64,000 nt of DNA from NCBI GenBank assembly GCA_964612665.1, contig CAZTCI010000004.1:78376-142375 (forward strand). The letters run 5' to 3'. Below the pieces are notes generated by a model. That model searched no databases. It worked only from the letters and a program-made list of their open reading frames with translations, and had not been told where the DNA came from. Both the position numbers and the translations under genes were made by a program. The DNA is from an uncultured Planctomycetales bacterium (GTDB lineage Bacteria > Omnitrophota > Gorgyraeia > Zapsychrales > JAHFFX01). Shown here piece after piece: positions 1 through 8,849 of the stretch (position 1 is its first letter; every line of letters starts with the position of its first letter).

Positions 1-1080
1 CCGAATAAAATCAACGGATTTTTTTTCCAGGACCGCACTGCTGTAAAAATCATAATCCCCAAAATAACCGCACCGCAACAAACTGATAAAGAAAATAAAG
101 AAGTCGCCTGTGGAACTGACCGCTCGACGTGTAAATCAATTGGGAAAAGCATGAGCCCAAAATAAGTCGTTAAGACGCGGAAAAACGTCAGCAGGCGAAT
201 ATGAAAATTCAAAGTAAAATCAGTGTCTTCGTTATAGAAATTAAATGTATTTACGAAATTTAAAACAGTCGCTCGTAAAATAAGATAAACAATCGCTGTA
301 AAAGCGAAGGGCGCCAACCGATTTGCCAGATTTATTAAGTCCTTCTTACTAAAATAAAATTTACCGGTGCTTGGCGGCTTTTTCTTCTGTGCTTTACTGG
401 CTTTGGTTAAAGCTTCTTTTGACTCATGATCTTTTAGCCATAACAATCCTTCGATCAAGATTACATATCCGGGCATCATAAAGGCGGTTTCCTTGCTCAT
501 TAATGCCAAAAGAAATGTAAGCAAAGATAAACAGTAAAATGTAAATTGTGGACCCGGCGAAAGCGATTGACGGGACCGGACATAAAAAATTAATCCCAGT
601 AAAATAAAAAAACAGGCCAAAGGATCGCTGATCGCGTTAGCATAGACAACCGCTTCCGTATGGATGGGATGGACCAGAAAAAATAAAGCGGTCAAAAATG
701 CGAGCCGGCGGTTGGTGAAAAGAAGATTGATCAAAAAATATAAAAGCACACTATCAGCGCTGTGAACCAGGATACTGGTTAAATGATAACCGAGCGGCCA
801 GGCCTTCCACAGATGCCATTGAAGTGAAAACAGTGACAGCAAAATCGGGCGCCAATAATTGCTTAAAAGCGAATTTCCAGCAATGACGTTTTCGCTAAAA
901 TATTTAGGCCAATACTGCCAGTCCTGAATGTATCTGTTTTTTAAAATAAAATCGTCGTCATCCCAGAACATCTGATTGTGAAGAGAATTGATGTAAATTA
1001 AAAAGCCGATTGTAAAAAGCAAGATAACGATGAGGCTGGTGGTAAAATTTTTATTTTGATTAAGGCGCAAAAATTTCATA
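1..1080 (-). CDS. Membrane glycosyltransferase, GT39/PMT_2-like (partial; C-terminus lies beyond the window start)
   Basis: Reverse-complement translation from the ATG at 1080..1078 gives MKFLRLNQNKNFTTSLIVILLFTIGFLIYINSLHNQMFWDDDDFILKN..., followed by many hydrophobic helices. The YxNSLxNxFVWDD N-terminal motif is typical of bacterial PMT/ArnT-like family-39 glycosyltransferases. The ORF runs off the window, which is why it is absent from the ORF track. Confidence 0.45.
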
Positions 1081-1328
1081 GTTTAGGTAATTTAGCAGAT
1101 TTCATTGTTATTCGAAAGTGAAGACTCAAATTTTCTATAAAAGTCAGGGCATAATCTCGCCAAGTTGGTAACACGATGGTTTTTACTGCTAAAAAGTTTT
1201 CTGAGAATTGAATATCAAATTTTGAAATCTGTGTTATAAAAGAGATGTGATTAATTGATTTTGATAATTCCGTTAAAGTGATATAAGTTGTAGATATCCG
1301 CGGTTGAACGCGTTGAAGTTATAGAGAT

Positions 1329-1910
1329 TTGAAAATGAAAAGAACGGTGGTTTTTTATCTGGTTTTTTATTTTGGCCTTTCCGTAATTTTCAGTAGTTGT
1401 GACCAGGTGTATCGAGTCCTTCAAAAAGAAGGCGCGGAAGAAAAAGATTTAGTTGGCGAACTTTTGCCTTTCGAGCCTAATCCTACCGTCCAGAAAATTC
1501 AAAGATTACTTAAGTTATATGGTTATGCGCCCGGGCCTGTCGATGGCAAGATGGGCACGAATACGCGTAATGCTGTCGCTCAATTTCAGCAGGACAATAA
1601 TTTAACGGTTAACCGGTTTGTCGACCAAGAGACATGGGCCTGCCTTAATCGTTTTGCCGCAAAAAGTCTCGTGCAAGACGGGCAGGTCAATACCGTGGCT
1701 GTACAAGCCGCCTTGCGTAAAGCGGGTTTAAATCCCGGGGGCATTGACGGCCGGTGGGGGAAACAAACGCAGAACGCTTTAGTTATGTTTCAAAAGTCGC
1801 ATAACCTTCATCCCGACGGGAGAATTGGTTATAAAACTTTAAACCAATTGATGGCGTATCTGCCTGAGCCAGAGGCTTCAAACTCTGGTGAGGCGGTGGC
1901 GGCACAATAG
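1329..1910 (+). CDS. Peptidoglycan-binding domain protein (2x PG_binding_1), probable lipoprotein
   Basis: 193 aa. Signal peptide ending FSSC (lipobox-like). Two repeats of the L(K/M)xYGYxPGxxDGxxGxxTxxAxxxFQ motif characteristic of the PG_binding_1 domain. Confidence 0.6.
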   Translation: MKMKRTVVFYLVFYFGLSVIFSSCDQVYRVLQKEGAEEKDLVGELLPFEPNPTVQKIQRLLKLYGYAPGPVDGKMGTNTRNAVAQFQQDNNLTVNRFVDQETWACLNRFAAKSLVQDGQVNTVAVQAALRKAGLNPGGIDGRWGKQTQNALVMFQKSHNLHPDGRIGYKTLNQLMAYLPEPEASNSGEAVAAQ

Positions 1911-1941
1911 TGATTAAGGGAAACAAATTTTGGGAAAATGA

Positions 1942-1968
1942 TTGTAAGAAAAAAAATGATGATATAAT
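1942..1968 (+). promoter_or_regulatory. Putative sigma70 promoter for sucCD with extended -10 (TGaTATAAT)
   Basis: TGATATAAT at 1960..1968, and TTGTAA about 15 nt upstream. It lies about 125 nt upstream of the sucC ATG. Confidence 0.3.
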
Positions 1969-1975
1969 GGGCCGA

Positions 1976-2084
1976 TTTCGTGGTTCGCTTTTTCGTTGTT
2001 CGAGGAATTCGTTTTTTTAGGTCTATAAAAATAAAAGAAAGAATTCTACGATTGACGCATAATCCTCATAACCACGAACGACGA
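1976..2084. repeat. MITE/REP-like palindromic intergenic repeat, copy A (5' UTR of sucC)
   Basis: Contains TCGTTGTTCGAGGAATTCGTT and ends in ACCACGAACGACGAT, the inverted complement of its 5' arm TCGTGGTTCG. It matches 20 of 21 nt plus the terminal arm of the second copy at 49298..49383. Confidence 0.55.
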
Positions 2085-2092
2085 TAAAACAA

Positions 2093-3223
2093 ATGAAAAT
2101 TCATGAATATCAAGCTGCAGACATTTTTCGTCAAGCCGGATTACCGGTGCCGGGCGGCCGAGTGGCTGTGACGCTCGCTGAGGCACAAGCTGTTGTCAAA
2201 GAGGTTGGCTTTCCGGTTGTTTTAAAATCTCAAGTGCTGGTCGGCGGGCGGGGCAAGGCCGGTGGCATTAAGATTGCCAAGAACGATCAAGAGCTTGAAA
2301 AGAATTTCAATGAGCTTAAGAAATTAGTTATTAAAGAATATCCAGTTGAAAAGATTCTCGTTGTCCGCGCGCTTGATATCAAAAAGGAATTTTACGTCGC
2401 GGTCACGATCGACAACATTAAAGGTGATGTCGTCATTATTGCCAGCGCCGAGGGCGGCGTTGATATTGAAGAAACCGCCAAGAAAAGTCCTGAAAAGATT
2501 CAAAAATTTTATCTGCAAGGCCAAAAAGATATTGACCTTTCCCGTTGGCCGTCTTTCATTAAAGCTGTCTTCCATGATCCTTCCCTTCAAGAGCCCGGTA
2601 CAAAAATTTTAAAGACCTTAATCGATGTTTTTTATAAAAACGATTGTTCGCTCGCCGAAATTAATCCGCTTGTTATCGACGGACAAGGAAAAATCTGGGC
2701 GGCGGACGCGAAGATTAATTTTGATGACAATGCTCTTTTTCGTCATGCAGAACTTCCTGGCTTACGAGATATGAAATATGAAGATCACGACGAGATTGAG
2801 GCTAAGCAGAATGATTTGAGTTTTGTCAAAATGGACGGGAATGTAGGTTGTATTGTCAACGGCGCCGGGCTTGCGATGGCGACGATGGATATTATTAAAT
2901 TAACCGGCGGCGATCCGGCGAACTTTTTAGATGTTGGCGGAAGTTCGAATCCGAAGAAAGTTTTGAATGCGTTAAGAATAATTTTACGGAATAAAAAAGT
3001 GAAATCTATTTTAATAAATATCTTCGGCGGAATTACCCGTTGCGATGATATTGCGTTAGGGATTTTGGAAGCTAAAAAAGAATTGGGTTCGCCCATTCCG
3101 CTCGTCGTGCGTTTGACCGGAACAAATGAAAAGGAAGCCAAAGATATTTTAGCCAAAAGTGGAATGAATACGTTCTCGACGATGCGTGAGGCTGTGAGTA
3201 AAGCGGTTGAATTGGCGAGATGA
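2093..3223 (+). CDS. sucC: Succinyl-CoA synthetase beta subunit (ADP-forming)
   Basis: 376 aa. MKIHEYQAADIF...VLKSQVLVGGRGKAGG aligns with the SucC N-terminal ATP-grasp region, and ...NGAGLAMATMDIIKLTGGDPANFLDVGG with the CoA-ligase domain. Confidence 0.93.
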   Translation: MKIHEYQAADIFRQAGLPVPGGRVAVTLAEAQAVVKEVGFPVVLKSQVLVGGRGKAGGIKIAKNDQELEKNFNELKKLVIKEYPVEKILVVRALDIKKEFYVAVTIDNIKGDVVIIASAEGGVDIEETAKKSPEKIQKFYLQGQKDIDLSRWPSFIKAVFHDPSLQEPGTKILKTLIDVFYKNDCSLAEINPLVIDGQGKIWAADAKINFDDNALFRHAELPGLRDMKYEDHDEIEAKQNDLSFVKMDGNVGCIVNGAGLAMATMDIIKLTGGDPANFLDVGGSSNPKKVLNALRIILRNKKVKSILINIFGGITRCDDIALGILEAKKELGSPIPLVVRLTGTNEKEAKDILAKSGMNTFSTMREAVSKAVELAR

Positions 3224-3370
3224 TTTACATGGGATGTAGGACGTTAGCACGTTGGACGTTCCCAGCGGTTTACGCCGGATTTAATATATGAACCACGAAA
3301 GTATTTTAGTGAAGATTGAAACGTTCTACATCCTACGTGCTCACGTCCTACGTAATAAGGATTTATACGA

Positions 3371-4240
3371 ATGAGTATTTTAATCGACGAAAATACACGA
3401 CTGTTAGTTCAAGGCATCACTGGACGCGACGGGTCATTTCATGCTCAGAAGATGCTTGAATATGGAACGAAGGTTGTGGCTGGCGTGACGCCGGGTAAAG
3501 GCGGTCAGGATGTCGGCGGGATTCTGGTTTTTAATTCCGTTAGTGAAGCCAAAAATAAAACGCAGGCCAACACCGCGGTCATTTATGTGCCGGCCAAATT
3601 TGCCAAGGATGCGATGTTGGAAGATTTGGCGGCGGGGATTGAGTTGATTATTTGTATCACGGAAGGCATTCCGGTTTTAGATATGGTTGAAGTTAAAAAA
3701 GCGATGGCGAAAACCAAAAGCCGTTTGATTGGACCGAATTGTCCGGGACTTATTTCTCCCGGGAAAAGTAAAGTTGGGATTATGCCTGGGCATATTCACA
3801 AGGCCGGGAACGTCGGTGTGATTTCGCGTAGCGGAACGTTGACCTATGAGGTGGTTTATAATTTGACAACGAATGGGATTGGACAATCCAGTTGCGTGGG
3901 ATTAGGCGGTGACCCCATTATTGGAACGCGGTTTGTTGATGTACTGGATCTTTTTATGCGGGACGCGGAGACAAAAGCGATTGTGATGGTCGGTGAGATC
4001 GGCGGCGAAGATGAGCAGATTGCGGCGCAATTTATAAAAAGTAAAGTGACTAAACCGGTTGTTGGTTTTATCGCCGGAAAAACAGCGCCTAAAGGCAAAC
4101 GTATGGGGCATGCCGGGGCGATTATTTCATCGGCAGATACTTCGGCGGAAAGTAAAGTTAAGGTGTTAAGAGATGCCGGTGTAACGGTTGTTGATTTTCC
4201 GGATGAAATTCCGCGGATTATTGCGCAGAAATTGAAATAA
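3371..4240 (+). CDS. sucD: Succinyl-CoA synthetase alpha subunit
   Basis: 289 aa. [24 protein letters not shown]...GVTPGKGG... is the canonical SucD CoA-binding N-terminus, and the catalytic His region GHAGAII is present. Confidence 0.93.
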   Translation: MSILIDENTRLLVQGITGRDGSFHAQKMLEYGTKVVAGVTPGKGGQDVGGILVFNSVSEAKNKTQANTAVIYVPAKFAKDAMLEDLAAGIELIICITEGIPVLDMVEVKKAMAKTKSRLIGPNCPGLISPGKSKVGIMPGHIHKAGNVGVISRSGTLTYEVVYNLTTNGIGQSSCVGLGGDPIIGTRFVDVLDLFMRDAETKAIVMVGEIGGEDEQIAAQFIKSKVTKPVVGFIAGKTAPKGKRMGHAGAIISSADTSAESKVKVLRDAGVTVVDFPDEIPRIIAQKLK

Positions 4241-4263
4241 AAATTTTGAAGTAAAAACAACGA

Positions 4264-4318
4264 GGGCTGGGCTGCCCGACATTTAGGAACGCGTGGCAGC
4301 CCAGCCCTTCGCTTTTTC
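4264..4318 (+). terminator. Rho-independent terminator after sucD
   Basis: GGGCTGGGCTGCC...GGCAGCCCAGCCC is a perfect 13-bp stem, followed by TTCGCTTTTTCTT. Confidence 0.7.
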
Positions 4319-4419
4319 TTCCTAAATTATGTATTGACCAGCCAACCAGAATGCCGTATGCTTTGCAACATGTGAGCATTGAAATAAGTTCACGCCTCTT
4401 TAACCTTTAAAAAGGCGCG

Positions 4420-5520
4420 TTGATGCGAAGAATTAAAAACGTTTTTCTATCCGCTATCCACCAGAATGCCGGCAAAACCACCATTGCCTTAGGCTTATAC
4501 AAAATTTTTAAAGACCGAAAACTTAAAGCCGCTTTTATGAAACCCGTCGGGCAAAAAGTGGTTAAAGTCAAAGACAAACAGGTTGATAAGGATTCCTATC
4601 TGATTGGAGAAGTTTATCATTGCTGGCAGCGTTTTAGAGAGATGAGCCCTATTACGCTTGAACGCGGATTTACCGAAAAATATATTTTCCATCCTGAAAA
4701 AGACCATTTGCGTTTGGAAATTGAAAAGGCCTTTAACCGCCTCAGCCGCGGGCAGGACGCTATTATAGTGGAAGGGACCGGTCATGCCGGCGTCGGCGCC
4801 GTCATTGATTTTTCAAATGCCGATGTCGCGCGGCTTTTAGGTTCGAAGGTCATTATTATTTCAGAAGGCGGCATCGGAAAAAGTATCGATGAAATCATTT
4901 TAAATAAAGCGCTGTTTGATTTAAATAACGTAGAAATCCTTGGTGTCATCATCAATAAAGTCCTGCCCGAAAAGTACCGCAAGATAAAAACCACTCTTGA
5001 ACAAGGATTAAAAAATAAAGGGATCCGGCTTTTGGGCATCATTCCGGTTGATCCGGTTTTAAAATCCCCGACGGTACGCCAGGTTATGAATCAAGCCGGT
5101 CTGGGACTTTTGTGTGGTAAAGAAAATTTAGATACGCATATCAATCATACGATCGTCGCAGCCATGGAACCGCAAAATATGATTACGCATTTAAGAGACG
5201 GCGCGCTCGTTATTACCTCTGGTGACCGTATTGACAATATGCTGGTTTCCATTAGCGCTCATCTCATTAGCCGCGGGACAAAATTTAATATCGCTGGCAT
5301 TATTTTAACCGGAGGCATGGTTCCTGACATTAAGATCATTGATCTTTTGAAAAAGAGCCGGATTTCCGTTTTGCTGTCTCCCCATGATACGTATACCGTG
5401 GCGGGAAAGATTGAATCTTTAGTTTGTAAAATTGAAAAGACCGACAAAGATAAAATCGCGCAAGCCACGCGTTTAGTCAGGAAATACGTGGATATCGAGA
5501 CGATTATCAAAAATTTATAA
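4420..5520 (+). CDS. Phosphotransacetylase N-terminal-like protein (AAA_26 P-loop-like plus DRTGG domain), lacking the PTA_PTB catalytic domain
   Basis: 366 aa. The N-terminal ...SAIHQNAGKTTIALGL is BioD/CobQ-like. ...GALVITSGDRIDNMLVSISAHL matches the DRTGG motif of the N-terminal regulatory half of long-form Pta (E. coli LLVTSADRPDVLVAA). No acetyltransferase domain follows. The start codon is TTG or ATG at 4420/4423. Confidence 0.55.
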   Translation: MMRRIKNVFLSAIHQNAGKTTIALGLYKIFKDRKLKAAFMKPVGQKVVKVKDKQVDKDSYLIGEVYHCWQRFREMSPITLERGFTEKYIFHPEKDHLRLEIEKAFNRLSRGQDAIIVEGTGHAGVGAVIDFSNADVARLLGSKVIIISEGGIGKSIDEIILNKALFDLNNVEILGVIINKVLPEKYRKIKTTLEQGLKNKGIRLLGIIPVDPVLKSPTVRQVMNQAGLGLLCGKENLDTHINHTIVAAMEPQNMITHLRDGALVITSGDRIDNMLVSISAHLISRGTKFNIAGIILTGGMVPDIKIIDLLKKSRISVLLSPHDTYTVAGKIESLVCKIEKTDKDKIAQATRLVRKYVDIETIIKNL

Positions 5521-5527
5521 CAACGAG

Positions 5528-6727
5528 ATGTCCAAGACGTCACAACAATCTATCTGGATTATCGATGCGCTGCGAACCGCAATTGCTCGTCCCGGACAGA
5601 GCCTGAATAATTTTTCGGCGGCGCAATTAAGCGCTGTTGTTATCCGTGATATTTTAAGCCGTAGCCGTATTTCTTTTAAGCTTGTTGAACAGTGTATTGT
5701 GGGAAATGCCGTCAGCGCCGGGACTGGACAGAATATCGCCCGCCAAGCAGCGGTGATCGCCGGGCTTCCTGATACTGTTCCTTCTTTTAGCGTCAATCAT
5801 GTTTGCGGTTCAGCCATGCAGGCGGTGATTTTGGCATCGCAATCTATTTTAGCGGGAGATCATAATTGCGTTATCGCCGGTGGCACCGAAAGTGCTTCAT
5901 TCAGTCCCTATCTTGAATTTAATAATAGAATGACAACTCAGGGTTCTTCAGTGATTGATGCAGGAGTTTTGGGACGCGTAGAAAGTTTGATTCACGACGG
6001 ATTATTTTGCCAATTGACGCGTATGCATATGGGCCAGCTCGCAGAATATCTTAGTCGGAAATTTGATATCAGCCGCAGCGTGCAGGATAAATTTGCGTTG
6101 GACAGCCACCGCAAGGCCTGCGCCGCGCAACAGGCCGGTAAATTCCGTGATGAAATTGTTCCTGTAAACATTTTACCGTATCAAGCATTTGACCGTGATG
6201 AACGGCCGCGGCGCAATATCGATGTATTAAAGTTAGGTGATTTACCGGCGGCGTTTCAAAAAAATGGAACCGTGACGGCCGGAAATTCATCGCCGCCTTC
6301 TGACGGCGCTTGCAATTTGATTATTGCTTCCAACGATTTTGTAAAGAAGTACCGGATAACGCCCAAGGCTAAAATTCTCGGTTATAGTTCAATCGCCGTG
6401 CCGCCTCAAGAAGTTTTTACCGCCGGCGTTACCGCTGTGAAAGTTTGTTTGAAGAAATGCGGGTTAAGGTTTAAAGATATTGATTTGTTTGAAATCGGAG
6501 AGGCGTTTGCGACGCAGGTGATTTACACGCGCGATCACTTAAAAATTCCGGATAACCAGATGAATGTTTGGGGCGGGGATATTGCTTTAGGTCATCCTTT
6601 GGGCGCGGCGGGCGGACGGATTTTAGTGACATTGATTCATGCTCTTCGCGATGCCAAGAAAAATATTGGTCTGGCGTGTGTTTGTCTCGGCGGAGGTGGC
6701 GCGTTGGCGATCGTCGTGGAAATTTAA
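5528..6727 (+). CDS. Acetyl-CoA C-acetyltransferase (thiolase family)
   Basis: 399 aa. ...NHVCGSAMQAVILASQSILAGDHNCVIAGGTESAS... is the thiolase N-terminal active-site Cys region, and the C-terminal ...CVCLGGGGALAIVVEI is the thiolase signature. Confidence 0.85.
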   Translation: MSKTSQQSIWIIDALRTAIARPGQSLNNFSAAQLSAVVIRDILSRSRISFKLVEQCIVGNAVSAGTGQNIARQAAVIAGLPDTVPSFSVNHVCGSAMQAVILASQSILAGDHNCVIAGGTESASFSPYLEFNNRMTTQGSSVIDAGVLGRVESLIHDGLFCQLTRMHMGQLAEYLSRKFDISRSVQDKFALDSHRKACAAQQAGKFRDEIVPVNILPYQAFDRDERPRRNIDVLKLGDLPAAFQKNGTVTAGNSSPPSDGACNLIIASNDFVKKYRITPKAKILGYSSIAVPPQEVFTAGVTAVKVCLKKCGLRFKDIDLFEIGEAFATQVIYTRDHLKIPDNQMNVWGGDIALGHPLGAAGGRILVTLIHALRDAKKNIGLACVCLGGGGALAIVVEI

Positions 6728-6740
6728 GTGAATAAAGAAC

Positions 6741-6785
6741 GCGGGCGGCCCTGTACCAGACTCGGTACAGGGCCGCCCAGCGCAA
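6741..6785 (+). terminator. Rho-independent terminator after the thiolase gene
   Basis: GGGCGGCCCTGTACC-agactc-GGTACAGGGCCGCCC is a perfect 15-bp stem. Confidence 0.6.
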
Positions 6786-6812
6786 TTAATCAAAGGATTT
6801 GAAAAAATTTAT

Positions 6813-8054
6813 ATGACTAAAACCTTACCTTCGAGAGAAAAAAATAAAAAATTAAAGATTTCGCAAAATGAAGAACTGAAAATTTTGCGCACCATCGTCG
6901 ATATCACCAGTTCGGAGCTCGATTTGAATTTGATATTAAAAGAAGTCGTCAAGGTTGTCACCCAATTTACATCAGCGGATTCAGTCTTTATTTACCTCTA
7001 CGATAGTAAAAAAGAACATTTGGTGTTAATGGCTTCTAAAATTCCACATGACAAAATTCTTGGCAAAATTAATTTAAAAGCAGGCGAAGGGATTACCGGA
7101 TGGGTGGCTCAAGAAAATCGTCCCGTCGCCATCAAAAAGAACGCCTACAAAGATTCTCGCTTTAAAAGTTTTTATGTTCTCCCCGAAGATAAATATGAAG
7201 CTTTTCTTTCCGTTCCTATTGAATATAAGGCCAATACGATTGGCGTCATCAATGTTCAACATCGCCGGCCACATGAATATGCGACTGGCACGGTGAATTT
7301 AATTCAAACAATTGCCAAACAAGTCGGCGGTGTCATTGAAAACGCGCGTTTGTTTGAATTTACGAAACAAAAAGCCGCTCAGTTCGACAGTTTAATTAAA
7401 GTCAGTCATTCCATCAGCTCTGAGCATTATTTAGATGAGATCTTGGATCTCATTGTGGTTGTCACGGCGGAGATGTTAAATTCTAAGATTTGTTCGATCA
7501 TGCTGCTGGATGACAAAGGCGAAGAGCTTGTCATGAAGGCAACGCAGTCTTTGAGCAAAGACTATAAAACAAAACCAAACGTCAAAGTTGAAAAGAGTTT
7601 AAGTGGAGAAGTGATCAAATCTAAAAAACCGATTTCCGTTTATGATGTCCGTCAGGAAGAAAGATATTACTATCGTGATTTAGCCATTAAAGAAGAATTG
7701 ACGTCGATGTTGTCAGTGCCGATGATTCTTAAAGAAAAAGCGATTGGTATCATTAATGTCTATACAAAAACGCCGCATCATTTCAGCCAAGAAGAGATTG
7801 ATGTTCTGCAGATTGTCGCTAACCAAGCGGCGGTTGCAGTTGAGAATACCAAACTCATGCAAGAAGCCATGAAAGCTAAAGAAGCGCTTGAAACCAGGAA
7901 AATTATCGAACGCGCCAAAGGCATTCTGATGCGGATGAATAATTTATCCGAAGACGCCGCTTATAAACTCATTCATAAAAAAAGCATGGATTCTTGCCGT
8001 TCCATGAAGGAAATTGCCGAGTCGATTATTTTGATGTCTGAACTTCAAAAGTAA
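6813..8054 (+). CDS. GAF-GAF-ANTAR RNA-binding antitermination regulator
   Basis: 413 aa. Two GAF-like segments (...KAGEGITGWVAQENRPV..., ...KSLSGEVIKSKKPISVYD...). The C-terminal ETRKIIERAKGILMRMNNLSEDAAYKLIHKKSMDSCRSMKEIAESIIL matches the ANTAR consensus (ERAKGiLM...s..eAy..l...Sm). Confidence 0.8.
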   Translation: MTKTLPSREKNKKLKISQNEELKILRTIVDITSSELDLNLILKEVVKVVTQFTSADSVFIYLYDSKKEHLVLMASKIPHDKILGKINLKAGEGITGWVAQENRPVAIKKNAYKDSRFKSFYVLPEDKYEAFLSVPIEYKANTIGVINVQHRRPHEYATGTVNLIQTIAKQVGGVIENARLFEFTKQKAAQFDSLIKVSHSISSEHYLDEILDLIVVVTAEMLNSKICSIMLLDDKGEELVMKATQSLSKDYKTKPNVKVEKSLSGEVIKSKKPISVYDVRQEERYYYRDLAIKEELTSMLSVPMILKEKAIGIINVYTKTPHHFSQEEIDVLQIVANQAAVAVENTKLMQEAMKAKEALETRKIIERAKGILMRMNNLSEDAAYKLIHKKSMDSCRSMKEIAESIILMSELQK

Positions 8055-8068
8055 TTTGAGATTCTATA

Positions 8069-8097
8069 AATCGGCGCTTGACAATAAGCAAAGAAAA
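8069..8097 (+). promoter_or_regulatory. sigma70-type promoter P1 (TTGACA-N17-TATACT)
   Basis: TTGACA at 8069..8074, a 17-nt spacer, and TATACT at 8092..8097. The arrangement is near-identical to P2 at 8709..8737. Confidence 0.6.
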
Positions 8098-8143
8098 GAT
8101 ATACTTAAGTTGTTATTAAGGTCAATGAAGACCGAAGCAAGGT

Positions 8144-8197
8144 CAGGGCAAGGATGTCCGACGAGGTTTTGAAGCAGTAACCAAGTCGGATTTTTTT
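8144..8197 (+). terminator. Leader 1: conserved box CAGGGCAAGGATGTCCGAC plus intrinsic terminator (candidate ANTAR target)
   Basis: Stem TCCGAC(GAGGTT)...(AACCAA)GTCGGA followed by TTTTTTT at 8191..8197. The 19-nt box at 8144..8162 recurs at 8797..8815. Confidence 0.6.
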
Positions 8198-8226
8198 ATG
8201 TTGTAGAGCAGTTAAATAAGTTTTAA

Positions 8227-8281
8227 GGGCAAAGACGTCCTCTTTTAAAAAGCAAAGGTGCTTTTAAAAGGGGATTTTTTT
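8227..8281 (+). terminator. Second intrinsic terminator in leader 1, preceded by a third GGGCAAAG-CGTCC box
   Basis: AAGGGCAAAGACGTCC, then hairpin CCTCTTTTAAAA-agcaaaggtgc-TTTTAAAAGGGG, then ATTTTTTT. Confidence 0.5.
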
Positions 8282-8330
8282 ATGCCAAAACGGTTAAGGA
8301 AAACCAACAAAACGCGAAAGGAGAGATCTT

Positions 8331-8474
8331 ATGAGACAACAAAACTTTGTTAGAGCATCTCACCGAATGTTAATCAAAAAAATGCGTGATTATGGAATTC
8401 ATTCCTCTAATCGGTTGATAATTTCCTCGAAAGAAGGGGCTTTTGGGAAAGGAGGAAACAAACGATGTCATTAG
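8331..8474 (+). CDS. Hypothetical small protein (47 aa) with strong SD (AAAGGAGAG)
   Basis: ORF MRQQNFVRASHRMLIKKMRDYGIHSSNRLIISSKEGAFGKGGNKRCH, read directly from the sequence. The RBS is 7 nt upstream. It is not in the ORF track because it is under 60 aa. Confidence 0.25.
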   Translation: MRQQNFVRASHRMLIKKMRDYGIHSSNRLIISSKEGAFGKGGNKRCH

Positions 8475-8671
8475 ACCACTCGATCGTGTCGGCTACCGAC
8501 ATATTTATGGTAGAAAAGTCAGTTATTGAAGCGGCGGCTTATAAAATGAGTACTCTTAATAATAGAGTTGATCCTTTGATTGCAGAAAATTTGAGCGAGC
8601 TTCAAGATGGCAGTAGGAGTAAAAACCTCGATATATTAAGTACTTCGAACGAAAAGTTAAAACGATTTTAA
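8465..8671 (+). CDS. Hypothetical small protein (68 aa) with strong SD (GGAAAGGAGG)
   Basis: ORF from the track. The GGAAAGGAGGA RBS sits 8 nt before the ATG. The ORF lies between terminator-gated leader 1 and promoter P2. No recognisable domain. Confidence 0.3.
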   Translation: MSLDHSIVSATDIFMVEKSVIEAAAYKMSTLNNRVDPLIAENLSELQDGSRSKNLDILSTSNEKLKRF

Positions 8672-8708
8672 TTTTAGCTCGACGGAACTTATGGCTCTTA
8701 AAAAAAAC

Positions 8709-8737
8709 TTGACAAAGAAATAGCAGGCTTATATACT
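8709..8737 (+). promoter_or_regulatory. sigma70-type promoter P2 (TTGACA-N17-TATACT), a duplicate of P1
   Basis: TTGACA at 8709..8714, a 17-nt spacer, and TATACT at 8732..8737. Confidence 0.6.
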
Positions 8738-8796
8738 TTGGGCAATTTTAAAGGCATTGATGTCTTTAAAAATTTCTGGAATCGAATAATCAGGAA

Positions 8797-8849
8797 CAGG
8801 GCAAAGGTGTCCGACTTATATCCGTTTTGCGGATGGGGTCGGATTTTTT
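8797..8849 (+). terminator. Leader 2: conserved box CAGGGCAAAGGTGTCCGAC plus intrinsic terminator upstream of amtB (candidate ANTAR target)
   Basis: Stem TCCGAC...GTCGGA with an inner ATCCG/CGGAT stem, followed by TTTTTT at 8844..8849. The box matches 18 of 19 nt of the leader-1 box. Confidence 0.6.
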
